Assembly (NCBI RefSeq): GCF_009914755.1
Contig: NC_060934.1
DNA: 64,000 nucleotides
Direction: 5' to 3' (one strand)
DNA from: the human T2T-CHM13v2.0 reference genome, Homo sapiens
Shown: in pieces, positions 13,576 through 25,500 of the stretch
How positions within the stretch are numbered: the first letter of the stretch is position 1
How the letters are laid out: every line of letters begins with the position of its first letter
Position numbers and translations under genes: made by a program
Notes under the pieces: model-generated
What the model was told of the DNA's origin: nothing
Databases searched by the model: none
Seen by the model: the letters and a program-made list of their open reading frames with translations, nothing else

Positions 13576-16500
13576 CAGAAACTGCTTTGTCATCTGTGCG
13601 TTCAGTTCACAGAGTTTCACCTTTCTCTTCATAGAGCAGTTTGGAAAGACTCTGTCTGTAAAGTCTGCAGTGATTAGTTAGAACCCTTTGAGGCCTTCGT
13701 TGGAAGCGGGATTTCTCATTTACTGCTAGACAGAAGAATTCTCAGTAAATCCTTTGTGTTGTGTGTATTCAACTCACAGAGTGGAACCTTCCTTTATTCA
13801 GAGCAGTTTTGAAACACTCTTTTTGTGGAATTTGCAAGTGGAGATTTCAAGCGATTTGACGCCAATCTTAGACATGGAAATATCTTCATATTAAAAGTAC
13901 ACAGAGTCATTCGTAGAAACTAGTTTGTGATGTGTGCCTTCAACTCACAGAGTTTAACCTTTCTTTTCATAGAGTAGTTGGGAAACACTCTATTTGTAAA
14001 GTCTGCAAGTGGATATTTGGACCTCTTTGAGGCCTTCGTTGGAAACGGGATTTCTTCATATAACACTAGACAGAAGAATTCTCAGTAACTTCTTTGTGTT
14101 GTGTGTATTCAACTCACAGAGTTGAACCTTTCTTTAGAGGGAGCAGAGGTGAAACACTCTTTTTGTGGAATTTGCTAGTGTAGATTTCAAACGCTTCGAA
14201 GACAGTGATAGAAAAGGATATATCTTCGTATTAAAAGTAGACAAAATCATTCTCAGAAAACTCTTTGTGATGTGTGTGTTCAACTCACAGAGTTTAACCT
14301 TTCTTTAATCGAGCAGTTTGGAAATACACTCTTTGTAAGTCTGCAGGTGGATATTTGGCCCTCTTTGAGCCCTTCGTTGGAAACGGGATTTCCTCATATA
14401 ATGCTAGACAGAAGAATTCTCAGTAACTTCTTTGTGTTGTTTGTATTCAACACACAGATTTGAACCTTCCTTTAGAGAGAGCAGATTTGAAACACTCTGT
14501 TTTTGGAATTTGCAAGTGCAGATTTCAAGCGCTTCTAGGCCTATGGCAGAAAAGGAAATATCTTCGTATAAAAACTACACAGAATCATTCTCAACAACTA
14601 CTTTGTGATGTGTGCGTTCAACTCACAGAGGTTAACCTTTCTTTTCATAGAGCAGTTTGGAAACACTCTGTTTGTAAAGCCTGCAAGTGCTTTTTTGGAC
14701 TTCATTGAAGCCTTCGTCGGAAACGGGATTTCTTCATATAATGCTAGACAGAAGAATTCTCAGTCACTTCTTTGTGTTGTGTGTATTCAAGTCACAGAGT
14801 TGAACCTTCCTTTAGACAGAGCAGTTTTGAAAAATTCTTTCTGTGGAGTTTGCAAGTGGAGATTTCCAGCGATTTGAGGCTAATCTTTGAAATGGAAATA
14901 TCTTCGTGTAAAAACTACACAGAATCATTCTCAGAAACTGCTTTGTCATCTGTGCGTTCAGTTCACAGAGTTTCACCTTTCTCTTCATAGAGCAGTTTGG
15001 AAAGACTCTGTCTGTAAAGTCTGCAAGTGATTAGTTAGACCCCTTTGAGGCCTTCGTTGGAAGCGGGATTTCTCATTTACTGCTAGACAGAAGAATTCTC
15101 AGTAAATCCTTTGTGTTGTGTGTATTCAACTCACAGAGTGGAACCTTCCTTTATTCAGAGCAGTTTTGAAAAACACTTTTTGTGGAATTTGCAAGTGGAG
15201 ATTTCAAGCGATTTGACGCCAATCTTAGACATGGAAATATCTTCATATTAAAAGTACACAGAGTCATTCGTAGAAACTAGTTTGTGATGTGTGCCTTCAA
15301 CTCACAGAGTTTAACCTTTCTTTTCATAGAGCAGTTTGGAAACACTCTATTTGTAAAGTCTGCAAGTGGATATTTGGACCTCTTTGAGGCCTTCGTTGGA
15401 AACGGGATTTCTTCATACAACGCTAGACAGAAGAATTCTCAGTAACTTCTTTGTGTTGTGTGTATTCAACTCACAGAGTTGAACCTTTCTTTAGAGAGAG
15501 CAGAGTTGAAACACTCTGTTTTTGGAATTTGCAACTGCAGATTTCAAGCGATTCTAGGCCTATGGCAGAAAAGGAAATATCTTCGTATAAAAACTACACA
15601 GAATCATTCTCAACAACTACTTTGTGATGTGTGCGTTCAACTCACAGAGTTTAACCTTTCTTTTCATAGAGCAGTTTGGAAACACTCTGTTTGTAAAGCC
15701 TGCAAGTGCTTTTTTGGACTTCATTGAGGCCTTCGTTGGAAACGGGATTTCTTCATATAATGCTAGACAGAAGAATTCTCAGTCACTTCTTTGTGTTGTG
15801 TGTATTCAAGTCACAGAGTTGAACCTTCCTTTAGACAGAGCAGTTTTGAAAAATTCTTTCTGTGGAGTTTGCAAGTGGAGATTTCCAGCGATTTGAGGCT
15901 AATCTTTGAAATGGAAATATCTTCGTGTAAAAACTACACAGAATCATTCTCAGAAACTGCTTTGTCATCTGTGCGTTCAGTTCACAGAGTTTCACCTTTC
16001 TCTTCATAGAGCAGTTTGGAAAGACTCTGTCTGTACAGTCTGCAAGTGATTAGTTAGACCCCTTTGAGGCCTTCGTTGGAAGCGGGATTTCTCATTTACT
16101 GCTAGACAGAAGAATTCTCAGTAAATCCTTTGTGTTGTGTGTATTCAACTCACAGAGTGGAACCTTCCTTTATTCAGAGCAGTTTTGAAAAACACTTTTT
16201 GTGGAATTTGCAAGTGGAGATTTCAAGCGATTTGACGCCAATCTTAGACATGGAAATATCTTCATATTAAAAGTACACAGAGTCATTCGTAGAAACTAGT
16301 TTGTGATGTGTGCCTTCAACTCACAGAGTTTAACCTTTCTTTTCATAGAGCAGTTTGGAAACACTCTATTTGTAAAGTCTGCAAGTGGATATTTGGACCT
16401 CTTTGAGGCCTTCGTTGGAAACGGGATTTCTTCATACAACGCTAGACAGAAGAATTCTCAGTAACTTCTTTGTGTTGTGTGTATTCAACTCACAGAGTTG

Positions 16501-19500
16501 AACCTTTCTTTAGAGAGAGCAGAGTTGAAACACTCTGTTTTTGGAATTTGCAACTGCAGATTTCAAGCGATTCTAGGCCTATGGCAGAAAAGGAAATATC
16601 TTCGTATAAAAACTACACAGAATCATTCTCAACAACTACTTTGTGATGTGTGCGTTCAACTCACAGAGTTTAACCTTTCTTTTCATAGAGCAGTTTGGAA
16701 ACACTCTGTTTGTAAAGCCTGCAAGTGCTTTTTTGGACTTCATTGAGGCCTTCGTTGGAAACGGGATTTCTTCATATAATTCTAGACAGAAGAATTCTCA
16801 GTCACATCTTTGTGTTGTGTGTATTCAAGTCACAGAGTTGAACCTTCCTTTAGACAGAGCAGTTTTGAAAAATTCTTTCTGTGGAGTTTGCAAGTGGAGA
16901 TTTCAAGCGATTTGAGGCTAATCTTTGAAATGGAAATATCTTCGTGTAAAAACTACACAGAATCATTCTCAGAAACTGCTTTGTCATCTGTGCGTTCAGT
17001 TCACAGAGTTTCACCTTTCTCTTCATAGAGCAGTTTGGAAAGACTCTGTCTGTAAAGTCTGCAAGTGATTAGTTAGACCCCTTTGAGGCCTTCGTTGGAA
17101 GCGGGATTTCTCATTTACTGCTAGACAGAAGAATTCTCAGTAAATCCTTTGTGTTGTGTGTATTCAACTCACAGAGTGGAACCTTCCTTTATTCAGAGCA
17201 GTTTTGAAACACTCTTTTTGTGGAATTTGCAAGTGGAGATTTCAAGCGATTTGACGCCAATCTTAGACATGGAAATATCTTCATATTAAAAGTACACAGA
17301 GTCATTCGTAGAAACTAGTTTGTGATGTGTGCCTTCAACTCACAGAGTTTAACCTTTCTTTTCATAGAGCAGTTGGGAAACACTCTATTTGTAAAGTCTG
17401 CAAGTGGATATTTGGACCTCTTTGAGGCCTTCGTTGGAAACGGGATTTCTTCATATAACGCTAGACAGAAGAATTCTCAGTAACTTCTTTGTGTTGTGTG
17501 TATTCAACTCACAGAGTTGAACCTTTCTTTAGAGGGAGCAGAGGTGAAACAGTCTTTTTGTGGAATTTGCTAGTGTAGATTTCAAACGCTTCGAAGTCAG
17601 TGATAGAAAAGGATATATCTTCGTATTAAAAGTAGACAAAATCATTCTCAGAAAACTCTTTGTGATGTGTGTGTTCAACTCACAGAGTTTAACCTTTCTT
17701 TAATCGAGCAGTTTGGAAATACACTCTTTGTAAGTCTGCAGGTGGATATTTGGCCCTCTTTGAGCCCTTCTTTGGAAACGGGATTTCCTCTTATAATGCT
17801 AGACAGAAGAATTCTCAGTAACTTCTCTGTGTTGTTTGTATTCAACACACAGATTTGAACCTTCCTTTGGAGAGAACAGATTTGAAACACTCTGTTTTTG
17901 GAATTTGCAAGTGCAGATTTCAAGCGCTTCTAGGCCTATGGCAGAAAAGGAAATATCTTCGTATAAAAACTACACAGAATCATTCTCAACAACTACTTTG
18001 TGATGTGTGCGTTCAACTCACAGAGTTTAACCTTTCTTTTCATAGAGCAGTTTGGAAACACTCTGTTTGTAAAGCCTGCAAGTGCTTTTTTCGACTTCAT
18101 TGAGGCCTTCGTTGGAAACGGGATTTCTTCATACAACGCTAGACAGAAGAATTCTCAGTAACTTCTTTGTGTTGTGTGTATTGAACTCACAGAGTTGAAC
18201 CTTTCTTTAGAGAGAGCAGAGTTGAAACACTCTGTTTTTGGAATTTGCAAGTGCAGATTTCAAGCGATTCTAGGCCTATGGCAGAAAAGGAAATATCTTC
18301 GTATAAAAACTACACAGAATCATTCTCAACAACTACTTTGTGATGTGTGCGTTCAACTCACAGAGTTTAACCTTTCTTTTCATAGAGCAGTTTGGAAACA
18401 CTCTGTTTGTAAAGCCTGCAAGTGCTTTTTTGGACTTCATTGAGGCCTTCTTTGGAAACGGGATTTCTTCATATAATGCTAGACAGAAGAATTCTCAGTC
18501 ACTTCTTTGTGTTGTGTGTATTCAAGTCACAGAGTTGAACCTTCCTTTAGACAGAGCAGTTTTGAAAAATTCTTTCTGTGGAGTTTGCAAGTGGAGATTT
18601 CCAGCGATTTGAGGCTAATCTTTGAAATGGAAATATCTTCGTGTAAAAACTACACAGAATCATTCTCAGAAACTGCTTTGTCATCTGTGCGTTCAGTTCA
18701 CAGAGTTTCACCTTTCTCTTCATAGAGCAGTTTGGAAAGACTCTGTCTGTAAAGTCTGCAAGTGATTAGTTAGAACCCTTTGAGGCCTTCGTTGGAAGCG
18801 GGATTTCTCATTTACTGCTAGACAGAAGAATTCTCAGTAAATCCTTTGTGTTGTGTGTATTCAACTCACAGAGTGGAACCTTCCTTTATTCAGAGCAGTT
18901 TTGAAACACTCTTTTTGTGGAATTTGCAAGTGGAGATTTCAAGCGATTTGACGCCAATCTTAGACATGGAAATATCTTCATATTAAAAGTACACAGAGTC
19001 ATTCGTAGAAACTAGTTTGTGATGTGTGCCTTCAACTCACAGAGTTTAACCTTTCTTTTCATAGAGCAGTTTGGAAACACTCTATTTGTAAAGTCTGCAA
19101 GTGGATATTTGGACCTCTTTGAGGCCTTCGTTGGAAACGGGATTTCTTCATACAACGCTAGACAGAAGAATTCTCAGTAACTTCTTTGTGTTGTGTGTAT
19201 TCAACTCACAGAGTTGAACCTTTCTTTAGAGAGAGCAGAGTTGAAACACTCTGTTTTTGGAATTTGCAACTGCAGATTTCAAGCGATTCTAGGCCTATGG
19301 CAGAAAAGGAAATATCTTCGTATAAAAACTACACAGAATCATTCTCAACAACTACTTTGTGATGTGTGCGTTCAACTCACAGAGTTTAACCTTTCTTTTC
19401 ATAGAGCAGTTTGGAAACACTCTGTTTGTAAAGCCTGCAAGTGCTTTTTTGGACTTCATTGAGGCCTTCGTTGGAAACAGGATTTCTTCATATAATGCTA

Positions 19501-22500
19501 GACAGAAGAATTCTCAGTCACTTCTTTGTGTTGTGTGTATTCAAGTCACAGAGTTGAACCTTCCTTTAGACAGAGCAGTTTTGAGAAATTCTTTCTGTGG
19601 AATTTGCAAGTGGAGATTTCAAGCGATTTGAGGCTAATCTTTGAAATGGAAATATCTTCGTGTAAAAACTACACAGAATCATTCTCAGAAACTGCTTTGT
19701 CATCTGTGCGTTCAGTTCACAGAGTTTCACCTTTCTCTTCATAGAGCAGTTTGGAAAGACTCTGTCTGTAAAGTCTGCAAGTGATTAGTTAGACCCCTTT
19801 GAGGCCTTCGTTGGAAGCGGGATTTCTCATTTACTGCTAGACAGAAGAATTCTCAGTAAATCCTTTGTGTTGTGTGTATTCAACTCACAGAGTGGAACCT
19901 TCCTTTATTCAGAGCAGTTTTGAAACACTCTTTTTGTGGAATTTGCAAGTGGAGATTTCAAGCGATTTGACGCCAATCTTAGACATGGAAATATCTTCAT
20001 ATTAAAAGTACACAGAGTCATTCGTAGAAACTAGTTTGTGATGTGTGCCTTCAACTCACAGAGTTTAACCTTTCTTTTCATAGAGCAGTTGGGAAACACT
20101 CTATTTGTAAAGTCTGCAAGTGGATATTTGGACCTCTTTGAGGCCTTCGTTGGAAACGGGATTTCTTCATATAACGCTAGACAGAAGAATTCTCAGTAAC
20201 TTCTTTGTGTTGTGTGTATTCAACTCACAGAGTTGAACCTTTCTTTAGAGGGAGCAGAGGTGAAACAGTCTTTTTGTGGAATTTGCTAGTGTAGATTTCA
20301 AACGCTTCGAAGTCAGTGATAGAAAAGGATATATCTTCGTATTAAAAGTAGACAAAATCATTCTCAGAAAACTCTTTGTGATGTGTGTGTTCAACTCACA
20401 GAGTTTAACCTTTCTTTAATCGAGCAGTTTGGAAATACACTCTTTGTAAGTCTGCAGGTGGATATTTGGCCCTCTTTGAGCCCTTCTTTGGAAACGGGAT
20501 TTCCTCTTATAATGCTAGACAGAAGAATTCTCAGTAACTTCTCTGTGTTGTTTGTATTCAACACACAGATTTGAACCTTCCTTTGGAGAGAACAGATTTG
20601 AAACACTCTGTTTTTGGAATTTGCAAGTGCAGATTTCAAGCGCTTCTAGGCCTATGGCAGAAAAGGAAATATCTTCGTATAAAAACTACACAGAATCATT
20701 CTCAACAACTACTTTGTGATGTGTGCGTTCAACTCACAGAATTTAACCTTTCTTTTCATAGAGCAGTTTGGAAACACTCTGTTTGTAAAGCCTGCAAGTG
20801 CTTTTTTCGACTTCATTGAGGCCTTCGTTGGAAACGGGATTTCTTCATACAACGCTAGACAGAAGAATTCTCAGTAACTTCTTTGTGTTGTGTGTATTCA
20901 ACTCACAGAGTTGAACCTTTCTTTAGAGAGAGCAGAGTTGAAACACTCTGTTTTTGGAATTTGCAAGTGCAGATTTCAAGCGATTCTAGGCCTATGGCAG
21001 AAAAGGAAATATCTTCGTATAAAAACTACACAGAATCATTCTCAACAACTACTTTGTAATGTGTGCGTTCAACTCACAGAGTTTAACCTTTCTTTTCATA
21101 GAGCAGTTTGGAAACACTCTGTTTGTAAAGCCTGCAAGTGCTTTTTTGGACTTCATTGAGGCCTTCGTTGGAAACGGGATTTCTTCATATAATGCTAGAC
21201 AGAAGAATTCTCAGTCACTTCTTTGTGTTGTGTGTATTCAAGTCACAGAGTTGAACCTTCCTTTAGACAGAGCAGTTTTGAAAAATTCTTTCTGTGGAGT
21301 TTGCAAGTGGAGATTTCCAGCGATTTGAGGCTAATCTTTCAAATGGAAATATCTTCGTGTAAAAACTACACAGAATCATTCTCAGAAACTGCTTTGTCAT
21401 CTGTGCGTTCAGTTCACAGAGTTTCACCTTTCTCTTCATAGAGCAGTTTGGAAAGACTCTGTCTGTAAAGTCTGCAAGTGACTAGTTAGAACCCTTTGAG
21501 GCCTTCGTTGGAAGCGGGATTTCTCATTTACTGCTAGACAGAAGAATTCTCAGTAAATCCTTTGTGTTGTGTGTATTCAACTCACAGAGTGGAACCTTCC
21601 TTTATTCAGAGCAGTTTTGAAACACTCTTTTTGTGGAATTTGCAAGTGGAGATTTCAAGCGATTTGACGCCAATCTTAGACATGGAAATATCTTCATATT
21701 AAAAGTACACAGAGTCATTCGTAGAAACTAGTTTGTGATGTGTGCCTTCAACTCACAGAGTTTAACCTTTCTTTTCATAGAGCAGTTGGGAAACACTCTA
21801 TTTGTAAAGTCTGCAAGTGGATATTTGGACCTCTTTGAGGCCTTCGTTGGAAACGGGATTTCTTCATATAACGCTAGACAGAAGAATTCTCAGTAACTTC
21901 TTTGTGTTGTGTGTATTCAACTCACAGAGTTGAACCTTTCTTTAGAGGGAGCAGAGGTGAAACACTCTTTTTGTGGAATTTGCTAGTGTAGATTTCAAAC
22001 GCTTCGAAGACAGTGATAGAAAAGGATATATCTTCGTATTAAAAGTAGACAAAATCATTCTCAGAAAACTCTTTGTGATGTGTGTGTTCAACTCACAGAG
22101 TTTAACCTTTCTTTAATCGAGCAGTTTGGAAATACACTCTTTGTAAGTCTGCAGGTGGATATTTGGCCCTCTTTGAGCCCTTCGTTGGAAACGGGATTTC
22201 CTCATATAATGCTAGACAGAAGAATTCTCAGTAACTTCTTTGTGTTGTTTGTATTCAACACACAGATTTGAACCTTCCTTTAGAGAGAGCAGATTTGAAA
22301 CACTCTGTTTTTGGAATTTGCAAGTGCAGATTTCAAGCGCTTCTAGGCCTATGGCAGAAAAGGAAATATCTTCGTATAAAAACTACACAGAATCATTCTC
22401 AACAACTACTTTGTGATGTGTGCGTTCAACTCACAGAGGTAAACCTTTCTTTTCATAGAGCAGTTTGGAAACACTCTGTTTGTAAAGCCTGCAAGTGCTT

Positions 22501-25500
22501 TTTTGGACTTCATTGAGGCCTTCGTTGGAAACGGGATTTCTTCATACAACGCTAGACAGAAGAATTCTCAGTAACTTCTTTGTGTTGTGTGTATTCAACT
22601 CACAGAGTTGAACCTTTCTTTAGAGAGAACAGAGTTGAAACACTCTGTTTTTGGAATTTGCAAGTGCAGATTTCAAGCGATTCTAGGCCTACGGCAGAAA
22701 AGGAAATATCTTCGTATAAAAACTACACAGAATCATTCTCAACAACTACTTTGTGATGTGTGCGTTCCACTCACAGAGTTTAACCTTTCTTTTCATAGAG
22801 CAGTTTGGAAACACTCTGTTTGTAAAGCCTGCAAGTGCTTTTTTGGACTTCATTGAGGCCTTCGTTGGAAACAGGATTTCTTCATATAATGCTAGACAGA
22901 AGAATTCTCAGTCACTTCTTTGTGTTGTGTGTATTCAAGTCACAGAGTTGAACCTTCCTTTAGACAGAGCAGTTTTGAGAAATTCTTTCTTTGGAATTTG
23001 CAAGTGGAGATTTCAAGCGATTTGAGGCTAATCTTTGAAATGGAAATATCTTCGTGTAAAAACTACACAGAATCATTCTCAGAAACTGCTTTGTCATCTG
23101 TGCGTTCAGTTCACAGAGTTTCACCTTTCTCTTCATAGAGCAGTTTGGAAAGACTCTGTCTGTATAGTCTGCAAGTGATTAGTTAGACCCCTTTGAGGCC
23201 TTCGTTGGAAGCGGGATTTCTCATTTACTGCTAGACAGAAGAATTCTCAGTAAATCCTTTGTGTTGTGTGTATTCAACTCACAGAGTGGAACCTTCCTTT
23301 ATTCAGAGCAGTTTTGAAACACTCTTTTTGTGGAATTTGCAAGTGGAGATTTCAAGCGATTTGACGCCAATCTTAGACATGGAAATATCTTCATATTAAA
23401 AGTACACAGAGTCATTCGTAGAAACTAGTTTGTGATGTGTGCCTTCAACTCACAGAGTTTAACCTTTCTTTTCATAGAGCAGTTGGGAAACACTCTATTT
23501 GTAAAGTCTGCAAGTGGATATTTGGACCTCTTTGAGGCCTTCGTTGGAAACGGGATTTCTTCATATAACGCTAGACAGAAGAATTCTCAGTAACTTCTTT
23601 GTGTTGTGTGTTTTCAACTCACAGAGTTGAACCTTTCTTTAGAGGGAGCAGAGGTGAAACACTCTTTTTGTGGAATTTGCTAGTGTAGATTTCAAACGCT
23701 TCGAAGACAGTGATAGAAAAGGATATATCTTCGTATTAAAAGTAGACAAAATCATTCTCAGAAAACTCTTTGTGATGTGTGTGTTCAACTCACAGAGTTT
23801 AACCTTTCTTTAATCGAGCAGTTTGGAAATACACTCTTTGTAAGTCTGCAGGTGGATATTTGGCCCTCTTTGAGCCCTTCGTTGGAAACGGGATTTCCTC
23901 ATATAATGCTAGACAGAAGAATTCTCAGTAACTTCTTTGTGTTGTTTGTATTCAACACACAGATTTGAACCTTCCTTTAGAGAGAGCAGATTTGAAACAC
24001 TCTGTTTTTGGAATTTGCAAGTGCAGATTTCAAGCGCTTCTAGGCCTATGGCAGAAAAGGAAATATCTTCGTATAAAAACTACACAGAATCATTCTCAAC
24101 AACTACTTTGTGATGTGTGCGTTCAACTCACAGAGGTAAACCTTTCTTTTCATAGAGCAGTTTGGAAACACTCTGTTTGTAAAGCCTGCAAGTGCTTTTT
24201 TGGACTTCATTGAGGCCTTCGTTGGAAACGGGATTTCTTCATACAACGCTAGACAGAAGAATTCTCAGTAACTTCTTTGTGTTGTGTGTATTCAACTCAC
24301 AGAGTTGACCCTTTCTTTAGAGAGAACAGAGTTGAAACACTCTGTTTTTGGAATTTGCAAGTGCAGATTTTAAGCGATTCTAGGCCTACGGCAGAAAAGG
24401 AAATATCTTCGTATAAAAACTACACAGAATCATTCTCAACAACTACTTTGTGATGTGTGCGTTCAACTCACAGAGTTTAACCTTTCTTTTCATAGAGCAG
24501 TTTGGAAACACTCTGTTTGTAAAGCCTGCAAGTGCTTTTTTCGACTTCATTGAGGCCTTCGTTGGAAACGGGATTTCTTCATACAACGCTAGACAGAAGA
24601 ATTCTCAGTAACTTCTTTGTGTTGTGTGTATTCAAGTCACAGAGTTGAACCTTCCTTTAGACAGAGCAGTTTTGAAAAATTCTTTCTGTGGAATTTGCAA
24701 GTGGAGATTTCAAGCGATTTGAGGCTAATCTTTGAAATGGAAATATCTTCGTGTAAAAACTACACAGAATCATTCTCAGAAACTGCTTTGTCATCTGTGC
24801 GTTCAGTTCACAGAGTTTCACCTTTCTCTTCATAGAGCAGTTTGGAAAGACTCTGTCTGTAAAGTCTGCAAGTGATTAGTTAGAACCCTTTGAGGCCTTC
24901 GTTGGAAGCGGGATTTCTCATTTACTGCTAGACAGAAGAATTCTCAGTAAATCCTTTGTGTTGTGTGTATTCAACTCACAGAGTGGAACCTTCCTTTATT
25001 CAGAGCAGTTTTGAAACACTCTTTTTGTGGAATTTGCAAGTGGAGATTTCAAGCGATTTGACGCCAATCTTAGACATGGAAATATCTTCATATTAAAAGT
25101 ACACAGAGTCATTCGTAGAAACTAGTTTGTGATGTGTGCCTTCAACTCACAGAGTTTAACCTTTCTTTTCATAGAGCAGTTTGGAAACACTCTATGTGTA
25201 AAGTCTGCAAGTGGATATTTGGACCTCTTTGAGGCCTTCGTTGGAAACGGGATTTCTTCATATAACGCTAGACAGAAGAATTCTCAGTAACTTCTTTGTG
25301 TTGTGTGTATTCAACTCACAGAGTTGAACCTTTCTTTAGAGGGAGCAGAGGTGAAACACTCTTTTTGTGGAATTTGCTAGTGTAGATTTCAAACGCTTCG
25401 AAGACAGTGATAGAAAAGGATATATCTTCGTATTAAAAGTAGACAAAATCATTCTCAGAAAACTCTTTGTGATGTGTGTGTTCAACTCACAGAGTTTAAC

